NCBI GenBank assembly: GCA_022813965.1
Contig: JALDZS010000001.1
Span: 62,001-126,000 of the forward strand
Direction of reading: 5' to 3'
Length of the DNA stretch: 64,000 nucleotides
DNA from: Toensbergia leucococca
Taxonomy: Eukaryota
How positions within the stretch are numbered: position 1 is the stretch's first letter; each line of letters opens with the position of its first letter. The translations under genes were made by a program, and so were the position numbers. The notes beneath the pieces were generated by a model. The model searched no databases and was not told the DNA's origin. It worked only from the letters and a program-made list of their open reading frames with translations. This document shows, in pieces, positions 25,766 through 36,702 of the stretch.

Positions 25766-27378
25766 TCAAACGCCTCCAAATATCCTAGCAAATGTTGACC
25801 TCAACCATTCCCATAGCCTTTGCCAGAAGCTGCCGAAACATACCTCGAAGTCTTCCGTATGTTCATTGGTCTCGGAAGCTGACGTCTGAGAACTGTCTAC
25901 TGTTGCCCTTCTTTTCCGAACGCCTTGGCTGTCAGTGGATGCATCGTCACATGAGTACATCTCATCGTTCTCGCCCTCGGTCTTCTCTTCTTCAAGTAGT
26001 GGCTCATATTCATTTGCGTCAGCGTCACTATCTACGTCTTCAAAATCACCAACAGAGCCATCTCGTGGGTTGGAAACTGGGCCGATAGGAGAATTGGAGT
26101 CATTGTATTGTGACTCAAGGTGATCTTCCACTGACCGACAATCGGAAGATCCATCCATAGTGAGAATCTCATATCTCTTACTCTTTGGCGTGCCATCAAG
26201 AGCAGAGCTATTCTCAACTATAGAAAGAGATGAAGCACTTCGTTTCTTGATCACCGGCTCTGATTCAGGTGGCAATTCGAAGCTAAAGGATCTGCTAGGA
26301 CCTTGCTCTGGACTATCGTCGCGTGGTGTGAGACTTTCGTGGGCAAACAAAGGAGCGTGGTTCTGATGTGGCAATACAGAAGCATTTTCATCTAGATCAA
26401 GGGTAGCCTCAGAATCGTCGACGATAGTGCCGTCTTCCTCAGGCCTCTCGACCAGACCCATATTGGACAAGAGCTTGGCTCGATCGACTTCCGCAGCAGA
26501 GGTGTATTTATTCGCATTCCTGCCATTCACGTCGGTACCCATAGCGTTACGATCATGGTTCCCCTTGCCGCCGTTGGGTTCTAGTCCAGTTTGATCTACC
26601 TTAATGGAGGGCAACAACTGGGAGGTGGGATGTGAAGCGCGGTTTTTGTTAATCTGGCCATCAACTGACGTCGTGGGAATCTGCTCAAACCCGAGAGCCT
26701 TTAAAGACAAGATCTCGCTGTCACTGGTGATGCCGTTGACTTGCGAAATACTATGTGGAAATTTGACAGATGGCCTTTTGGAGTCCTCGATAGTCTGTCT
26801 ACTGGCTTGAAAGGAAATCTGCCTACAATCGCACGCGGAAGCGGATGAAGGCCCATGATTTGAGCAGTTGGCATTAAAGTGTCCAGCGATGTGGCAGTGT
26901 TTATTATGGCCGACCCTGGCTACGGAATCTTGAGCCGCGTGTGAATTATGTCCATCTTGATGAGCTTCGTCGCCATTAACGAGATACTCCTCGGGAGCAT
27001 GGTCTTCATGAGGGGTCTCGAGTGTATGTTGAGAGTCTATAACGAGCAAATTATTCTGATTTCCTGACTCGTCCGTCACTATTATTCGGTCAGCATTTTC
27101 CTCCCCTGTTGATGTGGGAGCAGCGTGGTTTTCTTGCCAATCTCTGTATTCTTGTCACAAACCCACCAGTTTCCCAACCCCAAACGAAATTTGTATTGCC
27201 AACGGCCCTCCTTGACTTCGAACTGTTTGTGAAATTTGTATTCGCCATGTTCCGTTTCGGCTTCCAGCTCACTTGGCTCCCACGGCGGTGTTGTAAAGGC
27301 GCCAGCAACAAAAACAGGTGGACGAGCTCCAGGACTGGCAAATGTAACGATAGTCGAATGTATGTTGTCGTTGGGCAT
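25766..27378 (-). CDS. CBM48/AMPK-beta glycogen-binding-domain protein (Mdg1/Crp1-like N-terminus), 2 exons
   Basis: VTFASPGARPPVFVAGAFTTPPW...GRWQYKFRLGLGNWWVCD...|VTDESGNQNNLLVI, then an acidic disordered region. Confidence 0.8.
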
Positions 27379-28026
27379 GTTGGCTACCAGATGGACACCA
27401 AGAATGCACAGGTTAGACACTTAAGAATGGATGATAAGGAACAGGAATTTTAGGTAGACGGAAAGGTGTGGAAGTAATGCAGGAGGCTCATACGATCAAG
27501 CTGTCGTGGTAATGAAGGACAATGGATGTAGGTCAATGCAGTACACTTTTATTGATGAAGAAGGCGTATCAGAGAGAAGGGAGGCGTGATTTCCCCATTC
27601 ACTCCGGTCAGCTTAAGACAATGAAAAGTTAATCTTCAATCCAGGCATGACTGACAGCAGCACACATAGCTGCAGATAACGGATGCTTAATCGAGCGGTA
27701 CCAAATTCTACCATCGCATGATAGGCCACAAGAGCTGCGGTTGAACATCCGACGCATGATTGACCATCGAAGGAACGTCGTTGGGGAAAAATTACAGTCA
27801 CTTGCATTGGGATACATTAGCCCCATTACGCCATTTATACAATTATGTAATGAACCCTTGGAAAGATTCTTTCTTTCCAAATAGTTGGGAAAAAGACAAG
27901 TTTGTCTCCAGGACTACTCATACCTTATTTTACCTTATTTTCCCAGAATACATTGGTGGTTCAACGTAGGATTCGTAGAGCTGAGGTTTTAGTTGGATGG
28001 AAGATGGCTATCGTACTCCGTACTTT

Positions 28027-28137
28027 TACTCGTGATCACCCCCGGGTGCAAGCCACTGTCCAATCGCAAGCAGCTAACTGGAATTGGGCTAGGATTTGCA
28101 TCTGACAGTGGCTTGCATCTGGGGGTGATCACGAGTA
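28027..28137. mobile_element. MITE-like foldback element with TA ends (Tc1/mariner-type)
   Basis: 34-nt arms 28027-28060 and 28104-28137 are reverse complements with 2 mismatches; both ends are TA. Confidence 0.6.
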
Positions 28138-28475
28138 TTCAAAGTAGAAATGCTTCACGTGGACACTAAGTAAGCGAATCTATCCAACTTTGTGCCCTTG
28201 GACGGACAGTCGAGGAATCGAGGAATGAATGTCCGAATGGGATACATTCAGTCTGACTACCCTCTACAACAGAGTTATTACCATGAGGATCGCACTACCA
28301 CTCTCAGCTTTGTTGCACGCTTCGAGCATTAACATACTCGTAGCTCCTTTGCTCAAGCACGGGTATTGAAATCTCATAATTATGTCGAGGCCAATTGCCT
28401 CTTCTGTCTCTTATACTTTCACATCCAATTGCAAGGATCGAAATGCTTCTTTTAAAATCCCAGGAGTGACTCGAT

Positions 28476-30656
28476 ATGTCCGATACTCAATCTCCCATAC
28501 CCATTATTGAGGATGAGCCAACTGCCATCACGCCGAACCTGGCCAATTTACCACCGGTCTTTGTTCTGCCAACCCATCTTTCACTCGTCGAGCTTCATCA
28601 GGCCGAAGACCAACTCAGCGACAGAGGAGCCCCTTTGACATATGATATCGCAGAGGCGAAGCTTGTCATTGGAAAAATATCAACCATTAAACGTGCAGAA
28701 TTCGAATTGCGAGGTAGAAAGGTCCGCTTCGAGAATGTCCGCCGTGCTAGAGAATCAGACCTGAAGACCAAGCATGCATCTGATGATGATGGTACCACGG
28801 CGAGAAAGCGTCAGCGGCTGTCACATCGGGAAGAGGTGCTAACGCCCAGACCGAAGGAGAAAGTTATTGATGATGATAGTACAGCTTCAGAAATAGATGA
28901 AGGCTCAGACTCTGCAGCAAAGCCAATGTCACAGCTTTCAATTTCCCAAACCTCTACATCAGCTACGCTTCAACACTCTGATCAGGTTGGGCCTAAGGAA
29001 TCTTCTCCTCCTCCGTTTGTCCTAGAATCTTTCACGAATGTAGTCAAGGTTGTTAATATTGAATGGCTAGAAGTATCCATAGCGGCTGGGAAACCTCAGC
29101 GGCTCGAACCTTACACAATCTACGAAGCAAGGCTTCTACCTAGCCTAGAAAAAGCAATTAATAACAAGAGGAATGAAACCATCGCCGCGAAAGCGGAGAT
29201 AGCAACTGTAGTCCACAAAAGCCCATACATGACAGAGAGAACCTCGCAGGGTATCATTGAGCGCGCCAAAGCTGACTTCATACCTCGCGCTGTGGGAACT
29301 AGGAGGCGTGATCGCACGAACCAAGTAATACATGAGCAATTTGCTGGCCGAACTTTTGCATCCTCGACCCAAGCAGCCCGTCAGAGCAGAAGTCAGTCAA
29401 TCACAAAACGTACTTCGCTTCTACGTCAGACAACATCTGAGCACGACGAAGGTGTTAATAGCACTCTACCCGAAATGCCTGATTGGGTGAAAGGAAACAA
29501 AATCTATTCTTGCCAACGGGCCACACCCATAACCTCTTTGAATGAGGAGTTTATGGATCAGCTTGAAAAGATCAAGCTGTCACGGGTACTGACGGCTGAT
29601 GAGATAGGCGTCAGGGCTTACAGCACCAGCATTGCTTCCCTTGCCGCCTACCCACACAAGCTTTCCAGCACAGCCGAGATTCTCGCCCTTCCAGGCTGCG
29701 ATCAAAAGATCGCCCACCTCTTTCACGAATGGAAAACCTCTGACCACCGCATCCAAGCCGTGGAAGACATCGAAGCAGACCCAACACTCAAAGTCTTAAA
29801 CCTTTTCTACGAAATTTGGGGAGTCGGAGCGCTGACAGCCCGCGACTTCTACTACAACAAAAACTGGCGCGATCTTGATGACATCGTCGAGCAGGGCTGG
29901 CAGTCTCTCAGCCGCGTGCAACAAATCGGTCTTAAATACTACGACGAATTTCAACTCAAGATCCCCCGCTCCGAAGTCGAACACATCGCCTCCATCGTCA
30001 CTACCCACGCCAAACGCATCGTTGACCCCGACATCGAATGCATCATCGTCGGCGGCCACCGTCGCGGCAAACCCGAAAGCGGCGACTGCGACCTCATCCT
30101 GACCCACCGCTCCTCGATAGCCACCCAAAACCTCGTCGCCAAAGTCGTCGCCTCTCTCGAAAGGGAAGACTGGATCACGCACACGCTAACCCTAAACCTC
30201 ACAAACAGCAAACGTGACCAGCAACCCCTCCCACTTATCTCCCCGCACCCCAGAGGCGCGGGCTTCGACACCCTCGACAAGGCCCTCGTGGTCTGGCAAG
30301 ACCAATCCTGGCCAAGCAAGTCCCGAGACCTCGCCGCCGACCCGGCTGCCAAAAACCCAAACCCCCACCGCCGCGTCGACATCATCGTCTCCTCCTGGCG
30401 CACCATCGGCTGCGCTGTCGTGGGCTGGAGCGCCGGGACAACGTTTCAGCGGGATCTGAGACGTTATGCGAAACATGTCAAGGGGTGGAAGTTTGATAGC
30501 AGTGGGGTGAGGGAGAGGGGGAGTGGGAGGTGGGTTGATTTGGAGGGGTGGGCGAATGAGGGAACGAGGTGTCGGGGGTGGGAGGAGGCGGAGAGGAGGG
30601 TTTTTGAGGGGATGGGCTTGGTTTGGAGGGAGCCGTGGGAGAGGTGTACTGGGTAG
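28476..30656 (+). CDS. DNA polymerase X family, Pol mu/TdT-like, with N-terminal BRCT-like region
   Basis: 8-kDa domain (RAYSTSIASLAAYP...LPGCDQKIA), IWGVG HhH, GGHRRGKPESGDCDLI catalytic D-x-D, RRVDII, and a GW motif (GWSAGTTFQRDLRRYA) as in the mu/TdT branch. Confidence 0.88.
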   Translation: MSDTQSPIPIIEDEPTAITPNLANLPPVFVLPTHLSLVELHQAEDQLSDRGAPLTYDIAEAKLVIGKISTIKRAEFELRGRKVRFENVRRARESDLKTKHASDDDGTTARKRQRLSHREEVLTPRPKEKVIDDDSTASEIDEGSDSAAKPMSQLSISQTSTSATLQHSDQVGPKESSPPPFVLESFTNVVKVVNIEWLEVSIAAGKPQRLEPYTIYEARLLPSLEKAINNKRNETIAAKAEIATVVHKSPYMTERTSQGIIERAKADFIPRAVGTRRRDRTNQVIHEQFAGRTFASSTQAARQSRSQSITKRTSLLRQTTSEHDEGVNSTLPEMPDWVKGNKIYSCQRATPITSLNEEFMDQLEKIKLSRVLTADEIGVRAYSTSIASLAAYPHKLSSTAEILALPGCDQKIAHLFHEWKTSDHRIQAVEDIEADPTLKVLNLFYEIWGVGALTARDFYYNKNWRDLDDIVEQGWQSLSRVQQIGLKYYDEFQLKIPRSEVEHIASIVTTHAKRIVDPDIECIIVGGHRRGKPESGDCDLILTHRSSIATQNLVAKVVASLEREDWITHTLTLNLTNSKRDQQPLPLISPHPRGAGFDTLDKALVVWQDQSWPSKSRDLAADPAAKNPNPHRRVDIIVSSWRTIGCAVVGWSAGTTFQRDLRRYAKHVKGWKFDSSGVRERGSGRWVDLEGWANEGTRCRGWEEAERRVFEGMGLVWREPWERCTG

Positions 30657-31050
30657 GGGATTTGCATGGGTGGATTTTTTAGGGGGTAGAGGATTTATTT
30701 TCTGGATATTTTGGGGTCCAGGGTTGGCTTTGTTGGATATACTGACGTTATTGTTTTGACCAGACTTTATGGTTTTTTTTTTGGTTTTTTTCACGCGTAC
30801 ATTGGGTAACTTAGGGTCTTACTATTCCGACACCCCTTCTTAAGTACCGGTACGTCTGATGGTGTTGTTGCGCAAAATCTCCGAGGTCGGAGAGGAGAAA
30901 AGTATTGACAAGACGACATGGTCTGAGTTCTGGGGTAAGGAGGCAAAGGAGCTGCCATGGAGCGAAGCAACTGGCGCAAAAGCAACTGGATCCTCCCCAA
31001 GCCATGCGGTGACTAGATCCGCCAAAATCGCCTTGTACAAGTCATGTTCA

Positions 31051-34000
31051 TCAATATTCAAAGTCGTCGTCAGCCGCCGGGCCCTTGTTCTTCGTCACGC
31101 TCTCCTGCTTCTGATACATCTCAACCACCATCCGACTCCCTGTCGCCTGTTCGGGACGCTTATCGTCCCTCCTCTTGATAAACCTCGGAAACCGCAAACT
31201 AATCCCCTTCCCACTCCCATCACCCAAGGCCTCACAGCCAGCCTTGTATCTGGGACTAAGCGTCAAATCTGCCGTTTTGACTTCCCAAACAAAACGGGGC
31301 TCGAACCAGACGTCCGGTTGGTCTTTGGGGACCGCCGAATGTGAGTAAAATGGTTTTGGCTTGTCAATGGTGTACTCTTTGAGTTCTGTGTGGAGCTCTT
31401 CAAGGATGACTTCCGAGAAGCCAGTGCCAATGTTACAGACAGTCTCGTAGATTTGCTTAGAGGAATTGTAGCAAGCTAGGAGAAAGGCGCCATAGACGGA
31501 GGTGCGCTTGCCTTTACCATAGTAGGCTCCCAGGACCACTAAATCTAGGGAGTCGCCGATGCCAGATAGGTAGTCCTTCTTAACTTTGAGCCAGTTTCTG
31601 CTTCTCTTGCTTGGCTCATAACCGCTCTCATCGGTATCTAGCATCTTTACCATCAGGCCTTCGCAGGAGGCCTTTACACTTTCATCTAGCAACGTTTGGA
31701 TTTCTTCAAGATCGCTGGTATCTCCATACTGAGCAAAGGAAAATTCGCCCTCCACCTCATCAAATGCCTGTTTCATGAGCTCTCTTCGCTCCCTCAACGA
31801 CTTCTCCACAACCGACTGCCGAAAGTCAGTGCTATGACATATTATAAGATCTCAGGATTCATATTACCTCCCCGTTGTAAAAGAGCATATCAAAGGCAAA
31901 GACGCAGACTTTGACTTTAACATCCTCGACTTTGACATCTTTACGTTTCCTCGTCATCAGTTGCTGAAATGGTAGAACCTTCTTCTCGACCAGATCCCAT
32001 GCCACCGTCTCGCAATCAAGTACAAAACTCTTAGTCTCTTTCTTTATCCATGTATCAAGTTTCGCCAGAATATCCGGATACTTCTTGGAAAGATCCTCGG
32101 AATTTCGAGAGAAGATTGCAGAAAGGCCTTTGGTAGCTTTTCCCGCTGCAGCAGAGCTTGCATACTGCTTTATCGAGTCTTCGGCAACGTAATGAATCTG
32201 GGCTCGCTCCCCGTCATATTTGTATTCGCATGTGAAATTCTTGCCTTCGAATCGATCCAGCACTTCTGTTATTGACTTTGTCGGTTTTGCCAACATTGGT
32301 TTCAAAGGGACGCCAGGTTGTAGCTTGCAGTTTTCACGCAGATTCAGGATGCCGTGGTCTAGCATGGCGGGAATTATGACCTCGTAGCTCGGTAGTTCGC
32401 TATGGTCCTATTAGACCCAACACTTTACTTACACAATGCACACTTACCTATAGACTGTCTTCAGAATCGACTCGCCCTTTGCCAGCTGCTCGCTGCTTGG
32501 CAGCTTATTACCCTTCTTCTCGGTTTCATGAATGACAAATGCGTGAGCCAAGGCAACCAGGACTGTTTTCTCTGCCAGGCCAAGTCTCAATTTGCCTTCC
32601 AAAAACCTGATCAGAAATTTGGCTTCACTAGCTCCACCCTTGTCTTTCGTAATGTCGATGCTTTTGCTACCCTTCCCCGCAAGAGACGCGTCTGCTGCAG
32701 ACAGCAGCTTCTTGATGCCAGCTACCTTCTTGTCTTGCGAGCCGTGTCCTTGGACAGTGGCAATAGCCATTAAGCCACTAAGCACCCCGTTGATTGCCAA
32801 AGCTTTAGGTTTAAACATGGTCGGTTGACTCGAGCGACTCTTGACAGCTACGAGACCGAGATCTCCAATTTCATGTTGGTCTGCCTTGATGACTGACAAA
32901 CTTCTCCCGGTAGTCTCACCGATAGCTTTCATGATTAATGACTCGCCTATCCCAAGCTCGATTCCGGCATAGTCAGCTGCAAGCTTGTTAATCATTAGCT
33001 GTACAGTTGCAAGCAAATCTTTGGGCGTTAATCGTAAAACTTGACGAAGAAACAGTGAGCAATGGGCTGAAATGATGAGACGCTTCGTGGTCATTTCAAT
33101 TAGTGAGAAGGTCGTGCATAGTGCTGCGTAAGGCACTGGTTCGCCAGGCTGCCAATCAGGGTAAGGATCTTTCCCACTATTTTTGAGCGTAGACTGAACC
33201 TTCTCGCGAGCCTTTGCTGCAATCTCGGGTCGGTCTTCCTCTTCAGAATCGGCTTCCTCTTCTTCCTCCTCAAGAGGGATGTCTTTAGCAGGGTCCTCAT
33301 GTAGTGGGGAATCAGCGATGTTCAGGCTAGGTTCTTCTTGGGTTCTTTTCCCATTTGCTTCTTCAGGACCCTGAAGGTGCGGGGAATGTATGGCAGGCCG
33401 GGCTTTGGCAACTTGGAGAGGCTGCTTTGAGGAGGATTTAGGATCGGAGTCACGCCCGTTGATGTTAGACCCCGCAGCTTTCGATTTTGGAGGATTTTTT
33501 GAAATTGGATCTGCGGAATTCTGTTTTGATTGCTTTGTCTTTTCCGGACGTCCGTTACGCCTTGATCGTTTTCTTACCGGCTCTTCGTCATCATGTTCTT
33601 CGTCCTCGTCACGGTCGATTTTGGCGTCTCTGATGCCACGTTTGGGATGAGGACTTGGAGTTCCATGAGCGGACAACGATGTCGCTGCTATAGATTTACC
33701 TGAACGTAGGCTCGTGATGTCAGCTATTTGACTAGTATTTGATCCGAAGACACACAACGTCGAATTGCAGGGACGCATACTCACCCTCTGTTGAGGCTTG
33801 GTCTTTGGCAACCTCGTCAACTTCTTCCCGTTTCTGAAGCATTGCAGTTGCTGATTTCGCAGAGTCCGATTCATGCTTGACCGCGATGCTGTGTTCTGTC
33901 TCTGGCTTCTCCGCCATCTCAATATCTTCATCAATGCACTTGTACTTATCTTTATCCGGAGGAAGTCCATTCGTGGACTCGATGCCATCAGCGAGATCAG

Positions 34001-34200
34001 CCTTGGGGTCCCGTGACATACTAAATGCCAAGGTAGACTGCTGTGGTTTAGGTTTCGAGCCATTGGGCTTCCCAAAGAATTTGCTGTAGGAAGTTGATTG
34101 CGTCAGTAATTTTCGAAACAGATCAGTTGTAGCAGGACTTGCACCCTAATGTCTGCTGCGACGGTTGGACATACCCCAGCGTAGCCTGCTTTGGCGGCAT
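31051..34200 (-). CDS. CDC9: DNA ligase I (multi-exon)
   Basis: PIP box QATLG|KFF, active-site EYKYDGERAQIH, LDCETV, FDMLFYNG, EGLMVK, WLKVKKDYL, SLRFPRF. Confidence 0.95.
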
Positions 34201-34576
34201 GACTATCATGCAACCTCTCGAAGCGTGGACTGTGCATGTAGTAATTCGACTCAAGCTGGATGAGCGTAGCAAGAGGTTAGAGGATATGGAGGTTAAATTC
34301 AAGCGCGAGGCCTGTAAGACATAACAGGCAGCCAGATTTGCAAGATATGAGTCTCATGCTGATGCGCCTCAAATCCCAATCAATGATATCAGAATTGGAC
34401 GCGGTATTTTAGCGTGTAGATGAAAAGGCGTCTTTTCGCTTTCTATAATAGTCTTTGGCAGCTAGTGTAAACAATTCATAGTTGTAACAACACTGATCGA
34501 TGATTTTGCAATGCGAAAGGTTCTGCTAATACTACGGGACTAATACTATCTACAATCGAATGATTATGTGGTCATC

Positions 34577-35587
34577 TCAGACCTGGGCCTGCTCATCGAA
34601 TTTCTTCCAGAAGGAATAGTATGCAGAGCCAAGAGGGGTATTTGGCTCCTTGGTTGGTGGTTGCAGCCAATATTCTTCAACTTTGGCCAGAAAGGAATTG
34701 AAAGCGACCTTGAGATCATCTGGGAGGGGGTTTCGTTGCGCAACCATAGTGGCATGAGCATTCAATACAAGAAAAAGTCCTCCGTCATCACTCGCAGAGT
34801 CTATACATATGCTCAGCTTTTGGCATGACGTATTGAATAAACCATCCGTATACGTACGAAAGTCCAAGACTTGCTGATAATCTAAGCCGTATAACTCCCG
34901 ATATATACTTCTGTCTGTACGTTGATCGCGATCGAACAACACAGCATCCCCAAGCGCATCGCCTTCGTGAGCTATTATATTCCCTTCCCGAATCGCCCTT
35001 GAGTCTTTGAGCTCTTCCATGGCCTCCATATCTCTTTTGTATACGTCTAGGAACCGCCTTCGAATCGATAGATAACCTTCTGAGCTTTGAACCAAATGTC
35101 TGACACGACTTTCCAAAGATGAGATTTGTTTCTGATGCTCGTCGATCTGGCTTGCCCTTTTTTCATCCTTGGCCGTTAGGATACTCATTTCCCTCTTCAT
35201 TTGCTCCAGCTCCTCTAGAATCCCATGCCTTCCGTTTAGTCAATCACATCGAAGCTTGACCGAGCCGAAATGAATATCAAAGCTGTGTAGCTTTGGTCTT
35301 ATCGTGGACATGAAGCTGACACACAGCCCATTGAAATCTAGATAAGTGAAATCAACCCTCACCTGAATCCCTCCCGAATTTGCGTAGACATTCTTTTTCC
35401 AATCTGTCCTATTGTGACATGCTCAGCTCCATCTCGTAAACGTGACTTGATCAACGGTTCAGCGTCTTGCTGAGACGGAACGTGGATCTCTTCGAAAAGG
35501 ACTGCGGTTTGAACAAAGACAAAGGACGCGTACCTCATCGTCTGACTCGGAAGGCGTGTGCGGGAGACTTGTGCGAATACTCTCCAT
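34577..35587 (-). CDS. Hypothetical fungal coiled-coil protein (multi-exon; 5' exons tentative)
   Basis: 207-aa ORF with coiled coil and EGYLSIRRRFLDVYKRD...GNIIAHEGDALGDA...ELYG; small upstream exons bounded by GT-AG from ATG 35587. Confidence 0.55.
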
Positions 35588-36009
35588 GTCTTTGCGTCCA
35601 CTAGTCTCAGTGTTGAGGTTTAGGATCGATATATATGATGAATATGTGATCATTTGAATAGATGAATATTTGGATAACTAGAAGGTCGAAAGACTCTCTA
35701 TATTGATGATTACTTTTGGTGAGATATCACCTCATTCTTATACCTAACTCTCAATGAAAACACAAGTCACATGAAAACATATGAGAAAGTCGTTTCTGAA
35801 GTTTTCAGTCAGAGCATATGAAATCACATGACCTTCCCCTCATCAAATTTCATATGCTATTCATGATTACTCAATAGCATCAACACTTAGACAAAGGTAT
35901 CATCATGTTAGATGAATGTCACTGAATTATCAAGATGCAATAGGTTAAGAATGCAGGTGTTAAGAAATGCAGCAGGAGGGATCGTTTTGTTGAGGAGTCA
36001 AGAAGGCGG

Positions 36010-36087
36010 CACGCGCCGACAACTAAAAGCCGGAATTTTCAGGCGACCCCTCACCTAGGATTTCCGGCTTTTAGTTGTCGGCGCGTG
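36010..36087. repeat. Perfect 26-bp inverted repeat forming a 78-nt hairpin
   Basis: cacgcgccgacaactaaaagccggaa (36010-36035) / ttccggcttttagttgtcggcgcgtg (36062-36087). Confidence 0.9.
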
Positions 36088-36320
36088 AGCGGGCACGCAG
36101 ATGACTCGATAAAGTATCGTGGTTTCTTACTATAAAGCTAGCCGCATACAGAGAGCTATTCCGCATGAGGTAATTCACCTCCACACAGACTACGCGTCTC
36201 GCGTAAAGTACTTTACAGCACTAGAACTAGTGTACTTATGCTACTCGGTAAGGTAGAACTACTCGGAGTTTAGCGCCGACCTTAAACTGACTCCAGGCTG
36301 CAAGAACGCCAAGGAGCAAG

Positions 36321-36360
36321 AAGGCAGAAGGCAGAAGGCAGAAGGCAGACGGCAGAAGGC
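36321..36360. repeat. (AAGGCAG)n heptamer microsatellite, about 5.7 units
   Basis: aaggcag aaggcag aaggcag aaggcag acggcag aaggc. Confidence 0.85.
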
Positions 36361-36702
36361 TCCAACGAGAACGAATAAAGACATGCAAGCCCATTATCCA
36401 CTAGACATGGGCTGATGGCTTGAGTGTCGGCTATGACTCCGCACAAAAAAGGGGAATCCGCAGGAGATGTTACCAAAAAGGCAGGTCTGCCAAAGCCGCC
36501 AATCGGTCCTCCGTTGCATTGCACGAAGCGCTAGGGCAAGAGCCCCACAATGGTACTGTTCCCTATCCCAACACGTCTGCTCCGATGATGATGATCGACA
36601 TATAAACTCGACCATGGCCTCCGTTTTACTCAGCTCCGGAGCATTGAGAGATCATTGCCTCCTACACTCCTACCTCCTACCAGAAAGGACACAGAGCTCA
36701 CG

